The notes: generated by a model from the letters alone, not told the origin. A stretch of 64,000 bases of DNA from an uncultured Erysipelotrichaceae bacterium (GCA_902791625.1 CADAWN010000001.1:35333-99332), one strand, 5' to 3'; shown: positions 53,967-62,531, numbered from the stretch's first letter. Program-made: numbers and translations.

Positions 53967-54230
53967 TTATAGAGCAATAACTGCTACCTTAGCAATCTTA
54001 ACACCAAGAGCCTCAGCAAGCTCAGCAGTACCATGAACCTTGCCGTCTCCAAGAATAGTATTGAACTGCTCAACAAGAGGTCCGTTAATCTCTGCTTTCT
54101 TCTCTGCTGCCTTAGCTGCTCTCTTGCTATTTACCTTATCAAGATTAGCAAGTCCAGCCTTAGCAAACTCCTTAACCTCAGCCTCAACGTTAGCATTAAC
54201 AATAGCCTCAAAAAACTCTCTCTTAGTCAT
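53967..54230 (-). CDS. Small winged-helix-like protein, paralog 3 of 4 (87 aa, shorter)
   Basis: Track ORF trimmed to the ATG (MTKREFFEAIVNAN..) after GAGAAAGAGGT. Confidence 0.65.
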   Translation of the reverse strand: MTKREFFEAIVNANVEAEVKEFAKAGLANLDKVNSKRAAKAAEKKAEINGPLVEQFNTILGDGKVHGTAELAEALGVKIAKVAVIAL

Positions 54231-54839
54231 AATGTACCTCTTTCTCCTAGTCATTACTAGGTAATTAAAATGTTGATATAACTTATTAGACTTTCAATCG
54301 AAAGGAAGTAAAGAGAAGAAACGAACCCATTTTGCGCAATATTTATGCGTTTTTATTACTTTTTAGTGGCTTTTTTCTCTTTTTTCTTCCTTTCTCTCTC
54401 TTTTCTATATATATTATAGCAAAAATTTTAGAAAAAATCAACCATTTAACTTTAAAAATTATTTAAAATTAAAGTTAATTAGTTAAAAATTTTAATTAAT
54501 TCGTTTTTTAGACGAGAAAAGTTTATTTTATAGGAAAATTTAACGCCTTACGGCTATTGATTACACTTATATGCCGCGGACAGGTATTGGATGGGATTAG
54601 GGAAAGATTAGGATTGGAAGAGAAATACTCCTTTATTAATATATTAATATATTATATTAAAATATTGACTTTTAGTGTTTGTTTGCGCACACACAAAATT
54701 ATAGTATTGTACACTATTCTATACTATTGTTAACTATCCCTATTTTTGACACTATGGAGAGCTCCTCCAGGGGATAGGCATTAGTCTTACTTAGTAGTAT
54801 AGATGCCCTCTTAGATTATTGTTTACACTTTTTATTTAC

Positions 54840-55030
54840 GTTTTCCTTTTACTACTTTCCTTTTCTTTTCTTTTTTTTCTTCTTCCTTCCCCTTCCTTTC
54901 TTTTCTTTCTTCTTTTATTATTATATTATTATTATATTATTATATTATTATTATATTATTATATTTATATATTATATTATATTATCTTCCTTTCCTTCTT
55001 CCCTTTCTTCTTCCCTTCCCTTTCTATAAT
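54840..55030. repeat. Homopyrimidine (CT-rich) tract, then (TTA/TAT)n, then a second CT-rich tract
   Basis: Read directly from the sequence. The track ORF 54819..55136 over it is a low-complexity artefact. Confidence 0.8.
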
Positions 55031-55074
55031 AATAAAAGAGTTTAGATTAAATCTAAACTCCTTATTAATTAATA

Positions 55075-55854
55075 TTAATTATTTAAATACTCTTGATATA
55101 ATTCTTCCAATAACTCTTTATATAATATTGAATTAATAGAGATAGAAATAGAATTTAATTTTAAAATTGAATTAGTTTTAGTAGTACCTTTTATTTCTTT
55201 AGTATCTATAATTCCTTCTTTATTTATTTTATATCTATATATCTTCTTTAAACTAGGATAATAAGAATTTAATACTGATATAAAAGTAGAGTAGTTAATT
55301 AAATTATTCTTAATATAGTAATAATAAATATTTAAACAATAATATCTTAAACAAATATTATATATATATCGTTTAGTTTTTTCTTCTTCTTTCTCTACTT
55401 TATTCTTAAAATCCTTAGAAATAACTAAATTCCTTATTAAAGTCTTTTTATAATCTTCTTTTTCTTTTTCTTCTTCCTTAATTAAATTAGGACGTTTTTT
55501 ATTTATATTAGTTAAAGGACGATAAGAATTAACTCTATTAGAATTTATATCTATATTATGGGAACTTAATTCTAATCCTCTTTTACTCTCTGGTTCTTTA
55601 GGGAAGAGTTCTTTTCCTTTATAAAGAAGTTTTGTTTTAAGAACTTTATCTACATAAAGTTTTAATTCAGCATTAGTAGAAAAATCTACTACTCCTACAA
55701 ATTCAGTATAAAGAGTATCTTTATTTGGGTAACGCTTAAAACTAGAAAACTCTTTTAAATTTTCTTTTGGATTAAAGTCTTCTATTTCATAAGTAGTAGT
55801 TTTTTGTTTTGTCGTAAAAGACCAATAATCTTTACGATAGAGATTATATTTCAT
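55075..55854 (-). CDS. Hypothetical protein (259 aa), extremely AT-rich and Lys/Asn/Tyr-rich
   Basis: Track ORF with AAAGGAGGT upstream. Its composition differs clearly from its neighbours. The hairpin AAAGAGTTTAGATTAAATCTAAACTC lies downstream. Confidence 0.55.
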   Translation of the reverse strand: MKYNLYRKDYWSFTTKQKTTTYEIEDFNPKENLKEFSSFKRYPNKDTLYTEFVGVVDFSTNAELKLYVDKVLKTKLLYKGKELFPKEPESKRGLELSSHNIDINSNRVNSYRPLTNINKKRPNLIKEEEKEKEDYKKTLIRNLVISKDFKNKVEKEEEKTKRYIYNICLRYYCLNIYYYYIKNNLINYSTFISVLNSYYPSLKKIYRYKINKEGIIDTKEIKGTTKTNSILKLNSISISINSILYKELLEELYQEYLNN

Positions 55855-56006
55855 TTTAATTTTACCTCCTTTTAGAGAGCCTATTTAATCCCTAAGTTAA
55901 CCTTTCGGATTTTACCTGCTCTCTTTAACTTTCATATATTAAGTATCTTCTATCCCAACTTTTTCTAAAATTTTCATAACTTTTAATAAAACCTGAAACT
56001 TTAGGT

Positions 56007-56414
56007 CTACTTTTTTATATCGTGATTATAGTATTCTGTAAAAACATTCTGTGCCGCGAGTTGTAAATAATTTGCATATGCCTCTTCATAAACATCAGGT
56101 TCGGTATAGACAATTTTTATTGATAAATCCCTAAAATCTTTCATAAGACCTTTATTCTCTTCTTTTGCTTTCTCAATCCACTTCTGCCGCGGCTTATTAT
56201 TCCAAAAGAGTTGAGCAAAGATTTCTTTTAATCTATACCCCATACATTTTGAACGACCTATAAAGACTTTAGCATTAGGAAAGGTTATAATAAAAACTCC
56301 TTGTCTTTTATATCCTACCTTTATAAATAGATATTCATGCTGTAAATCTCTAACATATTGTTCTAACTTCTTTTGTTCCTCAACAGTTAATTTTATTTCT
56401 TTAAAATTATCCAT
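56007..56414 (-). CDS. GIY-YIG-like nuclease-domain protein (135 aa)
   Basis: GVFIITFPNAKVFIGRSKCMGYRLKEIF matches the GIY-(x9)-YIG-x8-R spacing of GIY-YIG nucleases, with GVF and FIG as the variant forms. Confidence 0.45.
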   Translation of the reverse strand: MDNFKEIKLTVEEQKKLEQYVRDLQHEYLFIKVGYKRQGVFIITFPNAKVFIGRSKCMGYRLKEIFAQLFWNNKPRQKWIEKAKEENKGLMKDFRDLSIKIVYTEPDVYEEAYANYLQLAAQNVFTEYYNHDIKK

Positions 56415-56664
56415 TATATAAATCTCCTAATTCCTCATCTCTTGGTAGTATTGACCAAGTTACTCTATCATAGATATACTCTACCATTTCATCATAATTC
56501 AATATAGATTGAGTAGCTAGAACTTTAATTAGTAAATCAACAGCGTCAGAATTTGGATAGTCATTTATATCACTATATTTATATAATATCTTTAAAACTT
56601 CACAATTACGCTTAACGATATGGATTGTTTGGCGCAGATAAATTATAAATTCTTCTTTTGTCAT
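56407..56664 (-). CDS. Hypothetical protein (85 aa)
   Basis: Track ORF with AAGGAGGT upstream. It overlaps the next gene by 8 nt. Confidence 0.6.
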   Translation of the reverse strand: MTKEEFIIYLRQTIHIVKRNCEVLKILYKYSDINDYPNSDAVDLLIKVLATQSILNYDEMVEYIYDRVTWSILPRDEELGDLYNG

Positions 56665-56738
56665 TATATTACCTCCTTATATTACTCGGTGCCGCGCTCC
56701 AATATTTAAAGCAAAACTTGAAGGGCGGCACATTGTTA

Positions 56739-57221
56739 TTATTCATCATCATAGTGAGTATTTTTCTTAATACCTTTTGGAGTTACTAAGTCAATTTTAG
56801 CCAAATCTTCAGTAATTCTTTTATACTCCTTATCAATTAAATACTTATCAAACCCTCTAACGAGTTTTTCCACTGGTATGCCATGATAAGTTAAAACATA
56901 ATCTTTCTCATTCTCTAATACTGTAATAGGAATAGTATTAATTGTTTCAAGAGCTTTAAGAACTTCCTTTTTTCTAATAAAGATTGACCTCCAATTGCGA
57001 TATTCCTTGGATGGTATTTCACATATATACTCCTTTTGTTTTAAACAGTAGGCAATATAATCTAATATATCCTGAACATCAGCTATATCTTTTGTTGGTA
57101 CAACGTGACGATAATTTCCGTGTTCGAAGCCGAGTTCTCCATTTACATTCTGAAAACACGCACATACATCAGTATTAATCATTTTAAATAGTTCATTATC
57201 TTTCTTAAGTATTATCCACAT
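56739..57221 (-). CDS. Hypothetical protein (160 aa), paralog of 57285..57683
   Basis: Track ORF. The shared blocks are LDYIxxC..C, LTYxGxPVExL and LxDK. Confidence 0.6.
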   Translation of the reverse strand: MWIILKKDNELFKMINTDVCACFQNVNGELGFEHGNYRHVVPTKDIADVQDILDYIAYCLKQKEYICEIPSKEYRNWRSIFIRKKEVLKALETINTIPITVLENEKDYVLTYHGIPVEKLVRGFDKYLIDKEYKRITEDLAKIDLVTPKGIKKNTHYDDE

Positions 57222-57284
57222 ATTTTATTCCTCCTTATTCAGTGCCGCGACTACAAAATTTACTGCAAATTACTAAGCGCGGCA

Positions 57285-57683
57285 TTACGTATCTTTAAAA
57301 ATTTCTTTTTTAAAATTATTTAAAGCTTCTTCATCTATATCATCAAAAGTATCAAGACCTTTAATATATTCTTGACAAATCTTATCTAAAAGTTGTTTAT
57401 TACATTCCTTATAGAGTTCTTCTACTGGTACTCCCCTATAAGTTAAAATATCATTGTGGTATCTAGTATATCGTTTATTATCAAAATCACAAACTTTATA
57501 ATCATTCTCCATACAAAAATCAATATAATCTAAAAAATCTTTATAATCTGAGCCTTTTAAGTCTACTTCAACAGAATGTCCTGAAGTAAAAATAATTTCA
57601 AGAATATTATAATCACTATCTTTTTGTTTTATAAAATCAACATTATCCATATTTATTATACCTTTTAAATTTCTAATTATCAT
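57285..57683 (-). CDS. Hypothetical protein (132 aa), paralog of 56739..57221
   Basis: Track ORF trimmed to the ATG (MIIRNLKG..) after AAGGGGGAAG. Confidence 0.6.
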   Translation of the reverse strand: MIIRNLKGIINMDNVDFIKQKDSDYNILEIIFTSGHSVEVDLKGSDYKDFLDYIDFCMENDYKVCDFDNKRYTRYHNDILTYRGVPVEELYKECNKQLLDKICQEYIKGLDTFDDIDEEALNNFKKEIFKDT

Positions 57684-57700
57684 TATTCTTCCCCCTTTTA

Positions 57701-58420
57701 TTAACCTTTCCAATAACAATATAAACAACCAGAAGGGCATCTCTTTTTATTATTCAGTAACTCAGTTTTTCCTGCACAGCAAGCACAAGACTTTCTTTGG
57801 AAACCACCTTTTTGAATAGTAGAAGTATCAAGACCAAGAATTTTATAATCCTTTTCACTAATACAACCAACTTTATCTGGCAAATCTTCCGCACAGGCTT
57901 CAAAAGTATAATACTTTCGATAAGGTTCTATTGCTTCTAAAACATCATCTATCATGTATTGTGGAGCTTTAAAGGTTTCAAAAGGAACTCTTTTATAAAC
58001 TTTATAAATGCGTTCTTTAACATAACTATACATATCTATAATAGAATATCGACATCTATTAATTCCTAAATCTTCAAAAAGTGTCCAGGGTGCTATAACG
58101 TGTTCAATTCCTATTCTTGTTGGAATAATAGGATCGGTTCTAAGGACTATATGATCTACTGGAAAACCTGCATCTATAAGTTCTCTTGCTCCTTGATATA
58201 CATCATATGTTTTAGGAACATTAGGTTCCATCTCTGTATGACCATAACCAGTACAAGTAACATGAAGTATAATTTTATCTTTATTTTCTATTAAAGCTTG
58301 AATAAGCTTAGAATTTGAACAAGTAAGTTGTTTAGTAATAATAATATTACCTTTTAATAATTTATCTTTCCAAGATAAATCCAAGCCAGCATCTCCAGCC
58401 TCAGTTATTCCAAAATTCAT
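57701..58420 (-). CDS. DUF1848-like protein with a Cys-rich C-terminus (possibly Fe-S)
   Basis: The C-terminal ..QRKSCACCAGKTELLNNKKRCPSGCLYCYW matches my recollection of the DUF1848 (PF08902) Cys motif. The gene appears translationally coupled to the upstream gene (TAATG). Confidence 0.5.
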   Translation of the reverse strand: MNFGITEAGDAGLDLSWKDKLLKGNIIITKQLTCSNSKLIQALIENKDKIILHVTCTGYGHTEMEPNVPKTYDVYQGARELIDAGFPVDHIVLRTDPIIPTRIGIEHVIAPWTLFEDLGINRCRYSIIDMYSYVKERIYKVYKRVPFETFKAPQYMIDDVLEAIEPYRKYYTFEACAEDLPDKVGCISEKDYKILGLDTSTIQKGGFQRKSCACCAGKTELLNNKKRCPSGCLYCYWKG

Positions 58421-58734
58421 TATTCTTCCTCCTTAGATAATTTATTCCAATACCTATCAATAATAGCCTGCATATTTTCACGTCCAACCACATTTTGAGT
58501 ATGGAGTCTAATAGGATAATGTCTTTCAGTTTCTGCAAGCCAAAGAACTAATTTTATTCCGTCTCCACCATCATAAGCATAGTCGCCAAGGTCGTGATCA
58601 AGGTCAAGAACTTCAATCTCTATCCCACGTTCTTCACACTCTTGAATGTAGTATTTTGCATCATTTACAGACGTACACCAATAGTATCCATCAGGTGCTA
58701 CTCTTATATCATCAAGCCATATTTTAGCAAGCAT
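58420..58734 (-). CDS. Cyclic-phosphate-processing receiver-like (cREC) domain protein
   Basis: IWLDDIRVAP..VLDLDHDLG..IRLHTQNVVGRENM matches the cREC/REC-like pattern (WLDD.R.P...LDHDLG...H..NP.G) as I recall it. Its own promoter TTGACTTTTTAAACTTTTTATGATATAAT lies near 58770-58800. Confidence 0.5.
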   Translation of the reverse strand: MLAKIWLDDIRVAPDGYYWCTSVNDAKYYIQECEERGIEIEVLDLDHDLGDYAYDGGDGIKLVLWLAETERHYPIRLHTQNVVGRENMQAIIDRYWNKLSKEEE

Positions 58735-58976
58735 ACTATTTTCCTCCTTTTTTATCTTTCTATAATAATTATATCATAAAAAGTTTAAAAAGTCAAATTA
58801 TTTTATCAAAAGTAAGTACAATAGATAATCTGGTATTGTGAACAGTGCCGCAAAGTTAAGAATTTGTTTACAATTTTCTGCCGCCGGCAGCAGGTAGTGT
58901 CAGGGAGATACCTGTAGTCGCGGCAAAGCATAAAAAAATAGCCACCCTTTTGAGTGGCTATCTTACTTCTTATTTT

Positions 58977-59330
58977 TTACTTCTTTGGTGCGTCCTTAGC
59001 TTTATTATCCAAATTATACCTTTCGACTTCTTCATCAAAGATATAACGAGAAACTGGTCTTTCCAACTTAACTCCCTTAGAGTTAATCTCTCTGTCATAC
59101 CAGGGTTTAGTAGTTGCATTAAGGACAACAACTACATCCTGACTATAACCATCATCATCGCAGGCTACTCCAACAACAAGAGCTACTTGATTAGACTCAA
59201 CTTTACCAACTCTTTCATATCTCTCTTTCAAAAAATCATAGAGGTCATTAAGTACAGCCTGCCTTGCCTGATTTTTTATAACAGAAACCTTTTTCTCATT
59301 AGTAAAATCTATTACATTTCTTTCAGCCAT
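58977..59330 (-). CDS. Hypothetical protein (117 aa), distant paralog of 59353..59772
   Basis: Track ORF with GGAGGT upstream. Confidence 0.6.
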   Translation of the reverse strand: MAERNVIDFTNEKKVSVIKNQARQAVLNDLYDFLKERYERVGKVESNQVALVVGVACDDDGYSQDVVVVLNATTKPWYDREINSKGVKLERPVSRYIFDEEVERYNLDNKAKDAPKK

Positions 59331-59352
59331 TGTTTACCTCCAAAATCAAAAC

Positions 59353-59772
59353 TTAATCTTCTGACTTCTCTCTCCGAGCCTTATCTGCCGCAATCTTCTT
59401 ATCTTTAAGTTCCTTTTTTACAGCATCCTTTTCAGCTTTTTCATTAAGATAATCAATGTATCTCTGTGTATCTTCGGCAATATCATAAGCCTTAAAGACC
59501 TTCTTTACTGTACGTCTATCAACGGGATCCTTCACTGAAATAGAAACCGTTGCACAAAGCGGAACAACTGTTCCATCTTTAAGTTCAATATCACCAAGAT
59601 ATATTCCTATATCATTACTTGGATGTTCACCGCCAGACCTTACCATTCTCGCATCAAACTCAGAGAGCAACTCAATTACTCTTTGATTGACATCAACTCT
59701 TGCTTGTGCCTTTATTTTATTAACTGTCATATCCTGTGTTTCTGTATAATTCATATTATTTTTTCCTTTCAT
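59353..59772 (-). CDS. Hypothetical protein with a KKIAADKARRE tail (paralog of 48344..48715)
   Basis: Track ORF. The true start may be the internal ATG at 59754. Confidence 0.6.
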   Translation of the reverse strand: MKGKNNMNYTETQDMTVNKIKAQARVDVNQRVIELLSEFDARMVRSGGEHPSNDIGIYLGDIELKDGTVVPLCATVSISVKDPVDRRTVKKVFKAYDIAEDTQRYIDYLNEKAEKDAVKKELKDKKIAADKARREKSED

Positions 59773-59841
59773 ATAAATGGGGTTGCGGGACGGTACTAAG
59801 ACCGCCCCTTTATAAATAGTTTTAGAAAACTAATTATCTAA

Positions 59842-60201
59842 TTACTGCTTAGTGTAGCAGTTTACCTTGCCCTTGCCCTTAATCTTGGTTTCACCCTTTA
59901 CAAAAGTACCATTCTCAACAAGTGCCTTCATAACAGTTGCAACCTTCTGGAAGTTAGTACCATCTGCAAGAACCTCAGCGATTGCCTTTGCAGTATAGTT
60001 AACTCCTACCTCAGTTACCTCGATAATTCTCTGGCGAAGAGCCTCATCAGCCTCAGCCTTTGCCTTAGCAGCAGGTGTCTCCTTGTTCTTTCTTGCTTCA
60101 TTTCTTGCATTGAGCTTCTCAACCTGTACCTTAGCAAACTCCTTAACCTCGTCTGTTACATTTCCCTCTGTTACTGCGTTAAAAAATTCTCTCTGTGTCA
60201 T
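59842..60201 (-). CDS. Small winged-helix-like protein, paralog 4 of 4
   Basis: Track ORF MTQREFFNAVTEGN... Its leader AGAGAGCCGAACTCGTAAAAACGGAGAAAG is conserved. Confidence 0.7.
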   Translation of the reverse strand: MTQREFFNAVTEGNVTDEVKEFAKVQVEKLNARNEARKNKETPAAKAKAEADEALRQRIIEVTEVGVNYTAKAIAEVLADGTNFQKVATVMKALVENGTFVKGETKIKGKGKVNCYTKQ

Positions 60202-60356
60202 AATAAATTCTCTCTTTCTCCGTTTTTACGAGTTCGGCTCTCTTATTAAAAGTTTATTTATTTTAAGAGAGTTTCTTCTTTTCTCTCTCTTTTCTATATA
60301 TATTATATCAAAAATTTTTTAAAAAGTCAATTATTTTACTGACTTTGTTATTTATT

Positions 60357-60809
60357 TTAAATTTCTATATCCTTAACAGTAGGATTATCTCCTGTTTCTA
60401 AACCAACATAATAAGATATTTTCTTATTACAATATTTTCCATTGTTAATCATATCACAAAGGACTTCATAAAATTTTCTTGCCGCTTTTAATTCTTTTAA
60501 TTCTTTCTTAAAATCGCTTAATTGACCTAAAGCATCAGAGTAAGTAGCGGAAATATCATCATTATCATAAGGATTAAAAGAAATCTTCTTTACAAACTTT
60601 TTACCATCTTTAATAGCTTTTTTTACAGTTGCTATCTCTGTATTTATATTAGTTATTACATTATCAATTTCTCCTTCAGAAAGGATTTTGATATTTCCAT
60701 ATTGAGGTTTATTCAAAAAGAGTTGAAAGTGTTTAGAATTCCTACTAAAACAATCAAGTTCTATAAAAGTATTATCTTTTCTCGCATAAAATTCCAAATA
60801 CTCACTCAT
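60357..60809 (-). CDS. Hypothetical protein (150 aa)
   Basis: Track ORF with GGAGGATT upstream. Confidence 0.6.
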   Translation of the reverse strand: MSEYLEFYARKDNTFIELDCFSRNSKHFQLFLNKPQYGNIKILSEGEIDNVITNINTEIATVKKAIKDGKKFVKKISFNPYDNDDISATYSDALGQLSDFKKELKELKAARKFYEVLCDMINNGKYCNKKISYYVGLETGDNPTVKDIEI

Positions 60810-60820
60810 AGTAATCCTCC

Positions 60821-61099
60821 TTACTTATCTTTAAAATCAACTTCATCAACGAAAACTTCTTCTTTATCTTTACCTACTTGATACCACACATTATCATCAC
60901 CGCTATCGTCATGAATAACAATAGTTTCAAGAAACTCTTTTGCTGCCTCGATACCATCATCCTCAAAAATATCGAAGATATATCCTCCAATCCAATCATG
61001 GATTTCTCTTTCTGCATCTTCTTTGTTAGCAAAACCTTTACGTTCATCGCCATATTCAGATGTCCAAGTTGCAAGATAAATTTTATTAATATTTTCCAT
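60821..61099 (-). CDS. Hypothetical acidic protein (92 aa)
   Basis: Track ORF with AAAGGAG upstream. Confidence 0.6.
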   Translation of the reverse strand: MENINKIYLATWTSEYGDERKGFANKEDAEREIHDWIGGYIFDIFEDDGIEAAKEFLETIVIHDDSGDDNVWYQVGKDKEEVFVDEVDFKDK

Positions 61100-61175
61100 T
61101 CTTATATCTCCTTTTTATTTTCTATAAATATTATAGCAATTTTTTTTTAAAAAGTCAAGAATTTTAAATTAAAAT

Positions 61176-62051
61176 TTATTTTAATATTAGCTATTTTAAA
61201 TAATCTTCATTTATTTTATTAAAATCCCAATAAGGAATTTCAATTAACTTAATATTGTTTTCTTTACACCACTATCTTTTTATATTATCCCTATTCTTTT
61301 GTTCTTCAAACTATTTTTCTCCACCAAAATACTATATTGCTTTATAATGCTATTCACCCTGATACTCTATGCAACAATTATAATTTGGTAAAAAGAAATC
61401 AAATCTTAAATTAGATTTATATTTTAAATCTCTAAAAGTCTTTTGCTGAACAAAACTAATTTTCAAAGAAGATAAAATACTATTTATTTTATCTTCTCCC
61501 TTAGAAGCTTTATAACAACCACAAGAAATAGTTGCCCCTGTTTTAAGATGATTTCCTCTAACAGAGACAATATTTCCGCAATCACATTGACATATCCAGT
61601 AAATTTCTCTATTTATTTTTGAATTATCTCTTTTTAAAACTGTTAAATAGCCAAATTTTTGTCCCGTTAAATCTATAAGTGTTTGTTTTGAAACTATTTC
61701 TTTTTGTAAGCAACCACAACTTTTAGTGTTATGACTTTTAAGACTACTACCTTTAACAGAAATAATATTTCCACAATCACATTGACATATCCAATATATT
61801 GTTCTATTTTTCTTTGAAAAATCTTGTCTTAAAACCATTAAGCGATCAAATTTCTAACCTGTCAAATCATTTATTTTTGAACAACCGCAAGTTTTTGTAT
61901 ATCCTTTTTTAAGACTATCTCCTCTAACAGAAATTGTGTTTCCACAATCACACTAACATAACCAATAAACCTTACCTTTTTTTGAAAAATCTCTTTCTAA
62001 AACAGTTAAATGACCAAATTTCTAACCTGTTAAATCAATAAATTTTCCCAT
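61176..62051 (-). CDS. Homing-endonuclease-like protein: three zinc-ribbon repeats plus a PD-(D/E)XK-like C-terminus, 291 codons, at least 8 sense TAGs
   Basis: ATG at 62049-62051 follows AAGGAGGAA. I hand-checked the codons for 61938-62051. The frame matches track ORF 61350..61838. The C-terminus [19 protein letters not shown].. resembles the endonuclease fold. The stop is TAA at 61176. Confidence 0.6.
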
Positions 62052-62073
62052 ATTTAATTCCTCCTTAAAATTT

Positions 62074-62283
62074 TTAACCCAAAACATTTTTGCAGATAGG
62101 GCAGATAGGATAGCCTACCCTATTGCTTTTAAAATATGGGAATTCATCTTTGTAAAGCGGCTCTTCACATTCTGGACAATAGAAGCAAGGAAAGTCATTA
62201 AAGTCTCCATCCAGATGATTACCAAACTTATTTAAAATAAACTGTCTTACTTCACTCCATTTATACTCAAAGCCTGCTTTCAT
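62074..62283 (-). CDS. Zinc-ribbon protein (69 aa)
   Basis: The track ORF contains CPEC..CPIC. Confidence 0.6.
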   Translation of the reverse strand: MKAGFEYKWSEVRQFILNKFGNHLDGDFNDFPCFYCPECEEPLYKDEFPYFKSNRVGYPICPICKNVLG

Positions 62284-62531
62284 TAATATTCTCCTTTCTT
62301 AAAAAACGAAATATCTCTAACATAGAAGACATCTTCTACGCAAAAATCTGCATTATCAGAATAGTTATAAGACTCTTCAAGTTCATTAAGACACTCCTGC
62401 ATTTCATCAGAAGTTGAGTCTTTATATTCAGTTAGGATATAATTCTTACAAAATTTATAAGCATCTTCTCTTGACTCAAAAGCCCACTGCTCAAATTCAT
62501 TTACTATACTAACCATCCATATTGAACTCAT
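62283..62531 (-). CDS. Hypothetical acidic protein (82 aa)
   Basis: Track ORF whose stop overlaps the next start. Confidence 0.6.
   Translation of the reverse strand: MSSIWMVSIVNEFEQWAFESREDAYKFCKNYILTEYKDSTSDEMQECLNELEESYNYSDNADFCVEDVFYVRDISFFKKGEY

Noticed and set aside
54819-55136. The 105-aa track ORF (+) could be a real gene.
   Set aside because: It is a translation of the polypyrimidine and TTA low-complexity tract (FLLLL/YYYII). It has no RBS and overlaps the end of the minus-strand gene.
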